From the NCBI RefSeq assembly GCF_009834535.1, contig NC_045697.1, positions 100,814,001-100,878,000 on the forward strand: DNA of 64,000 nt. Direction: 5' to 3'. Source of the DNA: Camelus ferus (lineage: Eukaryota). Below the pieces are notes generated by a model that searched no databases, was not told where the DNA came from, and saw nothing but the letters and a program-made list of their open reading frames with translations. Positions within the stretch are counted from its first letter, which is position 1; every line of letters begins with the position of its first letter. Both the position numbers and the translations under genes were made by a program. Of this stretch, positions 38,481 to 52,190 are shown piece by piece.

Positions 38481-41400
38481 GGAGTTAGATGGCAGGAAGG
38501 AGTGGGGGCATCTCAGTAAAAGGACACAATATTAAAAAGAACTGAAAAGAAAAAAGGCAGAGGCAAAGATTTGTGGTGTTCAGTGTATTTGTTTCATGTT
38601 TGCTCAGCGAGCATGTAGGGACATGTATTTATGCAAAGAATTGGTGACAAGTTGAGTGAGAGAAACAGGGAGGGCATGGTCTAACAAAGAGATGAGAGGA
38701 GATGAAATGATATTACAAGATCATATGATTCTACATGCGATACTTGGGTTTTAGAAAAATTATTTTGAAAATAAGATGCAGGGTAGACTGAAGTAGAGAA
38801 ATTGGAAGCAGAAAAGCCAGGGAAAAGAAGATTGAAATAACCAAGATGGGACGCAAACAAGAAAGGACCAGGACGGCTTGTCAAAGCCAAAGACAGGTTG
38901 AGGGGAAGAAACAGCAGATTTTTAACAGACAAATAATTAAGCCCTGTATCATGTTTATGATTACACTGGTCCCAACTTTTACACACCATCATCACGGGCA
39001 GTGAGAGAACAGTAAGTACAGTATTGCCTGGTACAGTCATAATGTTCTGGGGAGAGCATGAAATAATAAAATAATGAAATAACTGCAGATGCTACCCAGA
39101 AGTTTTTATACTCATTAAAAAACAGTGATGGGAGAACTATGTCGTACAGCACAGAAAGTACAGGCAAACTGAACTGCTGTCACCTGCAACATAACTTCGG
39201 CAAAACAGTCTCGTGTCACAGGAAAAGAATTGCACTGACTCAAATTTTGTCAGTTTTGTTCTGTGTAACCTGTCCATTTGCTTTGGCTTTATAGTTGTAT
39301 AATGGTTAAAGGCATAGAGAGTTTATACCTGGTTTTATGTTTGGGCACATGTAAGTAACATACTAAAAATAGTTTATGTCAGAAAGGAAGATATGTAACA
39401 ATTATTTCTACAGAAAGAGGTCAACACCTGACTCAAGTTTGAGAAAGAGTATCTCATAAAAATAAGATTGTTATTTATGTCAGTGGCTTTGGCAAGGAGG
39501 CAGTAATCAGCGATGTGCAACTGACCAGTTTAAGTGGACTGGTGGATGGGAGTCAAAGGACAAGAGGCCAGGAGGGAAACATGGGATTAAAAGGCAACAG
39601 CAGCAGCTGAGATCACATCAAGAAGTACATGTTGTGGGTGACAAATTCTGAAGGCAAAACATAAAGTAAAGCAATATGAGCAATAAAACCAACCATATAA
39701 GCTATGATTGATACCCAAGACTTTACAATAGCTGCACTTGCCTAAAATACGGGTTTTGTGGTTACGTGGTGGACATTAAATACATTTCTTTCCAGAAAGG
39801 TGAATTTATCAATAGGTAGGAATTTATTTTATGGCCAAATTAATAAATGACGACTTGCAAGATTCATTAAAAGGCAAAATTTTAAGAAATATGGAAGACC
39901 ATCTATGCACCATATCTCCAAACCACAAATCAGTTAACAAAAAGGTCCATGGGTCATATCCACGTGAAGTGCCATTGATCTAGGAGCTGATTTTATGATT
40001 TTTAGTCAGGTGGTGGTGTTGAGTTCCAGAACCACATGGCTAGAATACTGCCTTTCACTCTTTTAATTCCTTCCCCTATATAAAAGCAGATAATGCACTG
40101 AAAGCCAGTTGTCAAAAAACTGGTTAAGGGATCATGAAGAACTGACTGTGTATAAATAAGATTCGGCTGTATGTTTCAACATCAATAGGGACTGCTACAC
40201 AGAGGATGGGCCTCCAGGAGGCAGTCAGGAGAGGGAATCTGGTGAGAAATAGTATTGGCTGGTCCAAAGCAGGTACTAAGTGGATATTAACATTCTGTGT
40301 TATCAACAGAAAGAAAATCTGTATGTTTCTAGACATTGCTGGTAGTGGTGCCAACACTGGTGTCTTACTAAGAAACAGGAGTGATCCTGACTTACATGCT
40401 TTGTCCCAAGGGCGGGCCACCACATTCTCACAAAGAGAAAAGTTAAAATGGTACCTGTAGTCTTGGTCCAGCTTCTCAGGAAACACTTTAGATACGCCTG
40501 AATGTTTAACTCAGTATTTACTTGAATCTTTCGATTTCTCTTTAGGAAATCATGGAAAAGATAACATGGATGTAGAAAATTGTGGGAAAATAGTGAGTTG
40601 AGAACTACCCATCTCTACCAGAGAGCAAAAATGATACAGTAAGAACCCCAATTCAGGTCTTTCTTGTGTCCATTTTTACCTGGTGACATAAACTCCAGTA
40701 ACCATTCTCTCATCCAGCAGAAGCTTAACTTCCTCCTACTTGAATTCTGGCCTATTAAATGCATAAGAAGGAACCATCATTCATTTATGTCCACAAAATG
40801 TAAGTTAGTACTTTAGTAATAAAATACTAAATGATGTCCCTGACAGCTGAAGGAATGACTGTGTCTTCTTAGAAGCCTAAATGGTCTTGGGGAGCTATTT
40901 GGACACTGGGGAGATCTGTTCTTTTTTAAAGAAGTATTTTATAATTCTAATCAACATATCCCTAAATATATTTAGTGCAATATTATACATTATCAACCTT
41001 TGCCTTCATGTATTTTCTTCAGATAACACTGCTGATGTTTTATGAGTTAATTTAGAAACTTCTGATGGAAAGGTTGTTCTATAGGTCACTGAAGAATCCT
41101 CTGATCATGGTATATGCTGTTCTGTAATCCTGTTATATATAAAGTAAAATACAGCAAAACCTGGCTGTCTGCCCTGTGCTCCGTGTAATAACGTGGGAAG
41201 CCAGAACACTGGTTTTCAGCTGCTCCTGCAGGACTGGATGCCTTCAGAGCAGTTTCTGGAAACACTGCTACTATATCTGAACGCTTTTCTATGCATGGAT
41301 GAGATCATCACTGCTGCAAGTTCAAGTTCATTATGGCCTCATTCCAAGTTCCAGTTGGGAATTAAACTAAAACTGAGACTGAAGTGGGTTCTGCTGTCCC

Positions 41401-44400
41401 CGTTGTGCTGCTTAGAGGGAGATGGTGCACAACGACAGGGACAGAGATTGCCCCTGGGGCTGAAAACACAGAGGCTGAGACAGCTCACTGTGCACACTCA
41501 CGGTAACACAAAAACCAGTCATGCCACAGACAGTCCAGAGAGTCCCTTTTTTTTCTTTTTCTCTTTTATTGAGAATTAACTTAATTGTGGGTGTCTGCTT
41601 GCCCGGATTAAGGATCTGCCACATTTATTTGAATACTTTCTGATCTATTACTAAAACTAGTGCTGTGATCATCGGAGGCTGGATAGTCACAAAGGATTCC
41701 TAACTCATGCTTAAACATATCCACAGACAGATAATGGCATTGTTGAGCACCGGGTATTCAGGGAGTGGAGATAACAATGGACATAAGGGACACTTAGTCT
41801 TTATTACGCACTGTCTGTAAAAAGGGAGGAGATGAAGGTCTTTCTATCTGTACTACCTTATTCAGAAAGGTCCGCTCTACTGCATTTGTGTGGATGCTTC
41901 ACAGTCACCTGATCCTAACTACCATCACTAGCTACAGATTGCTTATTAAGGTGTTTTGTGATGTAAGAGTGACCAAGCACATACGAGTGTATACCGAGTC
42001 TGAACCTTCTAGATTCTTAACTTTGTCTCATTATTTCAATTGATATTTCTTGCGGACCCACTCTGTGCACCTGTAATTCCAAAGTCACAGGAACCACAGC
42101 AGTATTTAACTAACCCATTTTCAATAGCATAGTGCATTAAAGTTGGATTGATGGTTAAAGAGACCACTATTAATACTGACAATCACTGATTTCTAATAAA
42201 CACCTAAAAAAAGAGTCAGACTTTGTAGTCCTTCCTGATAGTTATAATGATACACACAGCTCTGAGGTACACATGGACTCTGGGCTTTAAAGACAGAGGT
42301 GGTCATGGTAAATACTGTATGAACCCCAAGTTCATACAGCAAAGCAGGTCTTGGTCAAACAGGAATGTTATTGTCTATCTTTTATCTGATTCTCATATAC
42401 ACTTTAAGGTTGATGAGATAATGTCTCTTCAGTTCTTAAAAACAGTACAAATAAATAACAGAAAGGAGACATTTCTAACTAACCCCCTGTGTCCCATTCA
42501 CAAATGGTTTAAAAATAAACATCACTCTATCACTGAGCTATTATTTCTCAGATGGTGCTCGTTTATTATTATTTTTTTCCTTGAGCATCTTTGAGGAAGC
42601 TATTTTAGGTCTAATCTGTTCTCTGTTCCAACAGCACACAGTAGTACGTGAGACTAGCTACTCTCCAGTTCAGTATGATGCTTAAAGCAGCCATTTAAAG
42701 TTAAAGAATTCTTACACCACTCTCGCCTGGCAATTATGAATGAGGAACTGAAGAACAAGAACAGTTTGAGATTTTTAAACACAAAATAGAAAAACTAAAA
42801 TGAAATTCAATTTTGGAAAAGTAGTCTTTTAAATAAAACTAATTAATCTAGTATTAAATGGGGGGGGGTTCTTAGGCAAAAGTGGATTACGATTATCTGT
42901 TGCCAGCTGTCTGGCTCTCACACAAGCTTTTCCTCATTCTTGGAATAAAGGATGGAGGTTCATTTGGGTTGAGTAGCAATGATGTTTACAAGTATTGGAG
43001 GGAGGTCAACTAACACTAACACTAATGGGAGAGATTAAGTTTTTGTTTGTGTCACGACTTCTAGCCCAGAAATACTGTCGTGGTTGCCTCGGTGTAAGGA
43101 AGCCAGTTATAAAGGGGCGAAGGTGCAGGCAAGTTAGAAATCATCGAGGAAATGATGTATTTGTGGAGGCATAAGGGCTCCTAAACCTGGACACTTATAC
43201 AAGTCATGTTTCTAGCTTTTCTTTGGGTCATTGCTTCCTCAGAAATCGTAACTTGATAAAGTAACTTACTTTTAATATTTACTGTCAAAATGTGTCAATC
43301 TTAGGCCACTAGCAAAACATACTGAAAATTCTAGAGTAATTAATAGCTTTTTGTTTAAAAAAGAAGCATCAATGTCTCTTGCAGGTGGAATATGTTCTTC
43401 CTTAATTTACCTGTCTCATAATACCAACACAAAGGCCACCTCCTCTTTGAGGCTCCGACAGTGCCCCACACTCCCCCTACCAGTTACTAGGGAATTAACT
43501 GTGCCCTTATCTATGTTTCCAAAAGCAGTTTATACATAATATCATAAAAAACTTAATCCATCATTATTTATTTGCATACAATTCTCTCCCAAAAGGCTCT
43601 GAAGCTTTTTGAGGACAAGAAACATACCATATTCACATATATCTGTAACATGAAACATGGCGGTCAGTAAATAATATGCAATCAAAAAATGCTTCCTTTT
43701 TTAACATGTGAAAGTCATCAGAACCACCTATTCCTTATGGTTAATGACTTCTGCCATAGTGGAATAATGACCCGGAATAGAGTGGAATACTTTTGTAGGA
43801 ACAATTAATAGGGTTGTAGTCAACCAAGAACAGCCTGTGTAGGCTCCATGTTGCAAAAGAAACAGAGCAAAGTAGGTCATCATCATGCCGTAAATTTGCC
43901 TTCTGTGGTGGTAAGTAGACCCTTGAGGGAGACACGGCTCCACCCCACCAATGGCACCAAACTGAGCTAGCTCAGGGGTCTGACTGCTCACTTCACTCCC
44001 CGGCCCCCTTGTATTTTGGGTGAGCCTTTATGAGGAAAAGGAACGTAGTTGCAGCTCCTCACTGCTACCCTGTTTTCTTTGGCATCCCGGCACTGCTTGC
44101 TCAGTGGGGAACTGAAGTGAACTTGAACCAAGTCCAAATTGTCTATTTAACCAACTTGCAAACTTGGTCAAGACTCTGTGGTCTGGTGAGGCCAAGGATC
44201 AACCACAAACTGGTCCCAGATCGCTACACGCTATGTACACATGGATAAATTTTGGGTTTGTACTTTGCATGATTTTTCAATGTAGGTATTTCACTCTGCC
44301 CAGAAAGACTGCCTCCATGAAATTTCTCTTTTAAATATTCACTTATTTACTTATTTATATGGATTTTTGGTTTAAGAGCCCTTAAATTACCCATTAGTTA

Positions 44401-44734
44401 GATATCATTGTTCAGAAATATGTTCTATTATAAAACTCAGTCTCATTTTTTAAAGCACAGAAAATATATAATGTGGCCACCATAATTATTCAGGCCACCA
44501 TACTTATCCCAGGGTAAGGTGGACAAGTATAAAAATATATGCATTTATATTTCATTGCAAAATATCAGTTACCCCAGGAGAGCTCAGGAGAAACCTTGCT
44601 AGGCTGCAATATATATGACAAAGGACTACATGCTTCAATTTATGACACACTGAGACAACATTCTGTTATAAAGGTCATGCGATTTACAGACTCAAGAACA
44701 AAGAGATAAATACAGATCAAGAGAGACAGCCTAG

Positions 44735-44930
44735 GCTTTTAGAAGCAGGGACCTGGAGTCAGATGGCCTCACACCGCTCCCTAGCTGTAAGGCATCGAGC
44801 AAATCACTTAGCTCCTCTGGGACTGTTTCCTCATTTTAAGACTTAGTCCTTAGGGTTAAAATAAGGTTTAGGGAAGTCAGTACTTGTCAAGTGCTTAGAA
44901 AAGTGCCTGGTACATAGTAAGCACTATATA
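44735..44930 (+). mobile_element. MIR SINE
   Basis: 'ctggagtcagatggcc...gcaaatcacttagctcctctg...gtgcttagaaaagtgcctggtacatagtaagcactatata'. Confidence 0.75.
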
Positions 44931-45019
44931 AAGGAGGGAAGAAAAAAAGAAGGAAGGAGGGAGGGAGGGAAGGACATGCAGACTTTCATCCTATTTTGCT
45001 TTGTGTTCTTCATATTACA

Positions 45020-45510
45020 TTTAGAACATGGTGTCCAGTTTTGCTTGTAATTCTGTATTATTATTTATAAAAAGGTGTTAAAAATGAAAAAAAGGATTGA
45101 GAGCTGGTGGCAATAGATTTCTGGCAGGGCAGAAGGAGTTACATCTAATTTTACGTCTTAGAAGGAACTTAAACAATTAAGCAGAACACAGCAACCATCT
45201 TCAAACACTTGCGGGCCGACAAAAGGAAGGATAGACTGACTTACTCTATGTTGATCCAGGCAGATGAAAGGATTAATGATTGGAACTCACAGAGTGACAG
45301 ATTTTGGCTAAACATGTAGGTAAATTTTATAAAAGGTATAGCTGTCCAACTACAGAATGGGTTGATACACAAACAACAGCCTCCCTGTTATTGGACGTGT
45401 GCAAGTAAAGGTTAGCTGACAACCTGTCAGGGGTGTTGTATAAAGAATTCCTGCCTTGGTTGGCAGGGTCACTAGGTCATCTCTAAAGTCCTTTCCAAAC
45501 GTTGCAGTCT
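45020..45510 (+). mobile_element. CR1/L3 LINE 3' end
   Basis: 'catcttcaaacacttg', 'cagattttggctaaacatgtagg' and terminal 'ctaggtcatctctaaagtcctttccaaac'. Confidence 0.7.
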
Positions 45511-48402
45511 TAAAACATCATAAATACGAAGCATTACAAGTGCATGGAAATGAAAGTAGTTTGAAACCTGACTTTTAGGAGAGTGACAATCAAGGCTTGA
45601 AAAACAATGTTTTCTTCTGTACCAAAACCTTGTGGTCCTTCACCAACCCGTGAAAATAATGAGCGAAGTAAGCATCTGACATATTTGGGGGAAGTTGATG
45701 TGTCAACATATGGTTCTTTTTCTTTTCTCCATTTGTCTCATTTCACTGAAATAGTGCAGTGGAATTTGTTTTTCCTTAATATTAAACGTAGTGGCTGAAA
45801 CATTAGTGTAAGAATGGGTATATCTTTCCGGAGTCATAATGACTGGGTTATCTGAATGAAAGTGTAATTTACAACCAAGATCAAATTAGGTCTAAACAAA
45901 GCAAATATTAAATCATTTATATATAATATGTATTGCTTAATATCTATATCTTTGGCCTCTAAAGGAAGTCAGAGTGATATCAAAAAAAAGTTCATTGCAA
46001 TTTCCTTTTTCATTTCACTTCTTTTATTTGGATTATGAGTCTTGCAAGGCTGTCAAATTCACTGTGCCAAAGAAAAGTAGCTTTCTCTGAAGTGGCATTA
46101 GACTATTTCCTCAAACACAGAGGTCTAACCTTGCTCCAGTAATTCTGTATACATTCCCACTGTTGCTCAAAGAAGCACATCTTCTCACAGTGGAATCAGC
46201 TCAGACTCGAGGAAGGAATGTCCTTTCTTACTCCAGAGTGTCTGCTATGACCCACCGTCACATTAGGTTCAAGTACAGAGCCTTCCGCTAAAAACCCTAG
46301 GGCTAGCATAGACTTCCAAACAGTATCTAGATTAAAAAGTAATTACTTTCTTGGGCATATACTCATTAATGTCAGCTGTTGGACTAGAAGACACCTTGCT
46401 TCCCTTCCCACACAGATTCAGCAGGAAAACATATTGCAGACCTCAGGTATGTATCTTGACAGAAATGGACAAAACAATGCTAACTATACTTGTTCAGATT
46501 CTTCAATAAAATGTTTGACCTAAGCTGAAATTCTATATTTTGCTCTGAGGTATGCTGGTACCAATGGAGATTTAAGACCTCACGAGGATAACGGTGCAAC
46601 AGGTGCCATTTATATGTGAAGAAGAATGCTGCTTCAGTAGTAATTTATTTATTTTTTGAGGGGCATGGCAAGCATATCAGATTGCTCAGCATTTTCTTTG
46701 AAGGAGAAATAGGCGTCTATGGGGAGTACAGACTATCTGTCTTCCTTGCAGCAATTTTCTCTTTTAGCTGCTGGGGGAAATATTCAGCCCAGATGATCTG
46801 CACAAGCAGAAGGCTTGCCTCTGCAGGGAGCAAAAAGCCCTACCTGCCTGAAGACCCTCGCCATCCCTGGCCAAGGGTCCATGAGAGATGAAAGTTCACC
46901 TCATCAAACTCTACATAAATCAGAAAGCTTCTTTTTTTCCCCCTCAAACTTCCACACACATAGGTCCAGATTCTTTCCAGATCTTTTGGTTTTGTTTTTT
47001 TCTTGATTTTGATAAAATGAGTTAAATTAACATTTTGCTTCCATTACTAATCAAACTTCAGGAATAAACAAGCAGAGGTCACCAGCATATTATCAAAATG
47101 TGCTAATGCTATTTTAACATTTATTGGGAGGTAAGGTATTCAAAAGGCAATGACTCAGTTTTAAATTAAGCTTCAAGCTAAAAAAATACACAGACATAAA
47201 TTCATTTTCATTAGCACTAATATACCAACATCCCCAAATGCTTAAAGCCTTTTAGAAGATGGACTATTTTTTATTTTCCTTTCATCCCAGCATCCACACC
47301 ATGATTGTTAGTGTTTCCTTCTTTTATTATTCAAGAGATGTGGGCAAAGGTAGCAAAATAAACATACACACATTTATCATAAAACTACAAAAAGCAGACT
47401 GTGAAAAAACATGACATTCTTTCTTTCACCTTGCCCTACACAGAAATGAAACAGTTTCCATTTTCATTATGATCTGAGACTACAACCTCAGTAACACAGA
47501 GTTTTCATTTATAAAAGAACTTGAAGGATTGCATTTTGGGGAGGTTATCATTTGACTGCATGAATATCAAATTGTATTACTTTCTAAAAAAAAAAAAAAA
47601 AAAGATTTATTTTAACCCCAACCCCCTGCAAAAGCCTCCTGATTTAGAATTAATTTCCAATTATCTAGGATATCTGTACTCTGTTCAGGAACAACATAAT
47701 TCATTAGCAACTTTAAAGTTATTAGCGTGCGTGGTAAAATTATATTTATGTAATCCAACCGCAGAGGAAAAAGGCTGAACTCGGCAAATGCTGGCTGGAG
47801 TTTGGGCTTTCTACACATTTCGCACGCGGTCAAGCTGAACCCACGGCACGTCTACACAGCTGCCTCAGTTGCCTTTTGACCTTATGATCGTGTAATATTT
47901 GATTATATGTCCCTTGCACAAACTCATGTGAGGTTTTTGTTTTCTTATAGGAAAAATGTTTTTTTTTTTTAAAGGGACTAGAGATAAGTAGGAGTTTTCA
48001 ATAAATATATCTATTTCAGGAGCAGCTGCTGTAAAATCAGTTCAGTCTTGTGAAGAGGAAGGCATTTTCCCTCTCCTTTTCTGGCAAAAATAGTATCTCT
48101 TGACAGCTGTAATATGCCTTTTTCTCACTTTTGTTTTAGTCTTCCCAAGAGAAAAAAAATCTTTATCACAAAATCAAATAAAACTATCTGTTATAAAGAT
48201 TCCATCTCTGAATTTATGTTATAAAATTAAATTAGGGAAGAGAAACAGCACAACAGATGATACCTACTGTACTCTTATTATTATCCAGAGCAAGAGAGCA
48301 GTCAAGGTGATTTGCAAACTCTGAAGCACACAAAAATATAATGCCATTATCTTCTCAAATAGTTAAGAAGACAGACATTCAGATTTTTATATGTCAGACT
48401 AG

Positions 48403-48427
48403 TTTTTTTTTTTTTTTTTTTTTTTTT
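48403..48427. repeat. T25 homopolymer
   Basis: Seen directly. Confidence 0.9.
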
Positions 48428-48761
48428 GCAATTTGAAGAAAACTATAGGTTAGTATTATTCAACCTGATTTGACCAGTGCTAAGAGCAGATTTAGAAAGA
48501 GCCTTGAGCACAGCAGGTACGGAATATTTTATGTGATTTTTATTCTGAAGTATTTACACCATGCCTTGTTTTAAAATGAATTTAAGGCAGTTTAAATGGA
48601 TACATAAAATCGAGTAAGATATCAAGAATGGAAAGTAAGAAATAGTAAATGCAAGGGTTATGTCATAAAACTGAACTAGGAATGAGGCCACTAGATTAAA
48701 AAAGAAAAAAATCTTAAAGAATTCTATCCATTTGAAGTGCTCAGAACACATATTACTCATT

Positions 48762-49141
48762 TGAAGTTCATAATATTATAAGTCAAAAATGCATTTACTA
48801 CCTGCTCAGAACACTTACTAACCTACAGTTGCACAAAAATCCCCTAACACAGAGCTTATGTAATAACACAGCCTTGACTGTCTCTCGTAAGTTAATACTG
48901 TACTGAACGCGAAAACCAGAACGGTTGTCAGCGGTTCCCCCTCAGGATTCCGTGGCGGCATGGAACCGCGGCTGCCGCTGCCCGGCAGCACGAGAGAGTC
49001 TGTGTACTGCGTGTCACTAGCCCCGGGAAAAGAGCAAAGTTCAAAAAGCAGAGCACACTTTCTACTGAATGTGTATCCCTTTCACATCATCGAAAAACCC
49101 CCGAATCCTAAAAGTCAAACCATCTTAAGCTGCGGACTGTA
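48762..49141 (+). mobile_element. MER47/Tigger5-type TcMar DNA transposon fragment
   Basis: 'gctcagaacacttac...cctacagttg', 'actgtactgaacgcgaaaaccagaacggttgt', 'ctagccccgggaaaagagcaaagttcaaaa', 'tttctactgaatgtgtatccctttcacatcatcg'. Confidence 0.75.
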
Positions 49142-50609
49142 CTTATTTCACATGACATCCTGCCCTCCCTGAGAGGGCTTCACTTTTAGAGGGTTCAGGG
49201 TAGTGACTCCCCGGAAACAATGCTGTAATACTTGAGAAGCACCACTGGGAAACTACCAATTTTGGAAATGATATGGTTTATAAATTACTTTTGATCCCTA
49301 AAATGATGTTGCTCACACTCACACGAATTCTGACGGGCTCCCTAAATGGAAGAGAATGGGGTGTAATTGTGCACAATATATTTTCGCCTATAGGACGTGA
49401 GACCATTGTCCCCAGGTATAAGTGTATCATCTTGGGCATTTGAACTTCTCTGTCATCTGTGAATCTTCTGATCAGGAGGAAAGTCTGCAATATTTTGGTT
49501 GCTTTTCCATAAACTCTAGGGCCTCCCAGTAGGACTTTCAATTTGTTACCTTGGGTTAGAGACTGGAGCACCACAACCAGAATTCAGGTTAGAAGCAGGG
49601 TTGAAACCCTTTAATGACAGTGTTTACCTGAGTATAGTAAGCACTTTGATGAAGGCAAGAATTTTTACGTGGTATGCTGACAATTTTAATAGTTTTTGAT
49701 TTATTCTCACGTGTGTTAGGACAAACATAACAAACATAACAAGTGTATGACTTCATGGATATCCCTGCCCAGAACAAAGTTAAAATGAATGATTGTTCAC
49801 ATGACAGTTGTGGAAAAAAAAATTGGGTGATTAAATGAATGACTGAGATTTGGGAAGATTATTATGTGGAAACTGAATGTCTTAACAAAGTGGTAAACTT
49901 TAAAAGCAAATGCGATCTGGGATAGAACTGTGATATTTGTTCCATATCCATGTGTTTAATTCTGAGTTGATTCTCTCTCTGAACACAGCATTCAAGTTTA
50001 ACATGTTCTATGAGGCTACACCACTCACTTCTTTGCGTCTTGCCCCTCAACCTTCCAGGCGCGTAAATGAACTTGCTGGGTTTTCGCATACCCGGTCTCC
50101 ACCTATCACGCAGGCCTGGGTTGCCTGCACCTCTGACTTCTTTAATGAGAACAAGCCTTTTCTAGGACTGGTTCCTGCTACACCTTGTTTTTCCAAATGC
50201 AAAGGCATCAATCATCTCCCTAACAGCCTATAGGTTTTTGTCTGTGTCTCAGCTGGAAGTTTCCTTCCCTTGTCAAAAATGGAGCTCTAAAAAGTCTCAG
50301 ATTATGTCACAGGCTTCTGTCAAAACACGGTGTATTTCTCTTTCCAAACCCAAGAGACTCCTCTGTCCTGTTTCACTTGTGCTTTCATTTTTAAAGAAAA
50401 GAAACAAAACAAATAAAAATATTTTTTAAAGACTATCACTTCTGAACCCCTCTTTTCTAGAACTTGACTTAAACATAGTAAACCAGTGCTTCATAAATGC
50501 TGGAACCCTTTTTAAAAGTCATAATTATATGCAAACCCCTCAGTATATGGGACAATAAAGATCAGTTGCCAAAAGTGGAAACTGGGATGGCCAATCAGTG
50601 TTGACAAAG

Positions 50610-51110
50610 ATATTCAGTATCACTTATCATTGGGAAAATACAAATTAAACCAAGATATCACTTTGTACCCATTAAATTGGTAAACTTTTATAGTACAAAC
50701 ATTGGGGCATGTGGAAAAATGGGAGCACATGTGCATGGCCTGTGGGATATAAATTAGCATAGCTACCCTGATGGGCAATCTCGTAGCATCTAGGAAAGTT
50801 GACAATATCAATATCAGCCACCCGACCAATAAGTTTATGTATCTTCAAATTTATACATGTGAACATGTCTATTACACTATTGCTTATGGTACCAAAATAT
50901 TGGAAACAACCTAAAATTCAGTTGGGGAATAGATAAAGTGTGGCCTTATCATACAGAAGAATATTATATGGCTATCAAAAAAGTGAGAACTAGATCTTAT
51001 ATATGAACATAGATCTCAAAAACATGATGTCAGCTGAACAATATGAGTTGCTGAATGTGACACACACCATGGGACCAGTTTGTAAACAAACACTTAACAA
51101 ATGTGATGAA
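50610..51110 (+). mobile_element. Old L1 (L1ME-like) 3' fragment
   Basis: 'cacttatcattgggaaaatacaaattaaaccaag', 'ccaaaatattggaaacaacctaaa'. Confidence 0.7.
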
Positions 51111-51969
51111 TTAATAAATAATACTCAGCCTTAACCACTTACATATTCTCAGCCACCAACTCCTAACTCTTCCCTACTACTTACCTTAAATTATACTCAT
51201 CTTCAAGACACAGTTCAAATCCTACCTCCCTCAGGACTACCCCAACCCACAATGATTCCTTTTCTCCTCTGATCCACCCTAATAGTAATAGTTTTAAGCA
51301 TGTGACATCATATATCTCATATTCTCGTTATGGGGATTAGTAAAGGTCCCTCGTGTAGAATGTTTAATGTAATTCTTAGTGCACAACAAGACCTCATTGG
51401 CTATTAGTTGCTATTATCATAAGTTTATGTTATAAAGTTTACCCTTTGTTTAGCATGGTGCTCTGACATAGTAGAAACCCAATAAATGTCTACATTTAAC
51501 TATGAATATGACAGTGCCATATTTCTGCTAATGATATATTTGCCAGGTCATCTCCTGAGGTGAGGGTCCTGGCTTGTTACTTCTGGATATCTGAAATCAC
51601 TAATGAAGTCTGTGGCCATTCAAGAGTTGGACAGTCACAAGTTGCACTGGCTGAGTGCCGAGACACCGCAGTCTGGGGACCACTGATGAGCATTAACCTC
51701 TTATTCCATGCTCAGCCTGCTCCTAGATTCCCCTGATGCTATTAGCAGGGCTGTAGGACATCCAAACCTTCCAGCCCTGTCACTGAGGGAGTCTAAGCCT
51801 TTTAGAAAACAAGTATTAATCCTAGGACTTTTCTTCTAAGATCTTGAGCACTAGGGAAATTCCTTAATTTCAGGAGTCTCAGAAGAAGTAGTTCTAGAGA
51901 AACATGGGATGGGAAAAGATAAGCAGGAAAGGTAGGGATGGGGAAAGTCCCAACCAAGAGCAAGGGTAA

Positions 51970-52190
51970 CATTTATTAAGCAGAGCACCCAATATCGACT
52001 GCGCATAGAGAATCCAAACAGGTGATCTCATTTGACACAAGATCTACAGGACAGAGAGAGAGCTCATTAACTCTGGTTTGCAGATGAGGAAACTGAAGCC
52101 TGGAAATTAACTAACTTAAAAGCTGCACAGAAAATAATTGCTAGAATAAGAATTTAATCCCAGGTCCTCTTGACTTTCAAAATCCATGTT
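51970..52190 (-). mobile_element. MIR SINE
   Basis: 'tttgcagatgaggaaactgaagcc...agaatttaatcccaggtcctcttgactttcaaaatcc'. Confidence 0.7.
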
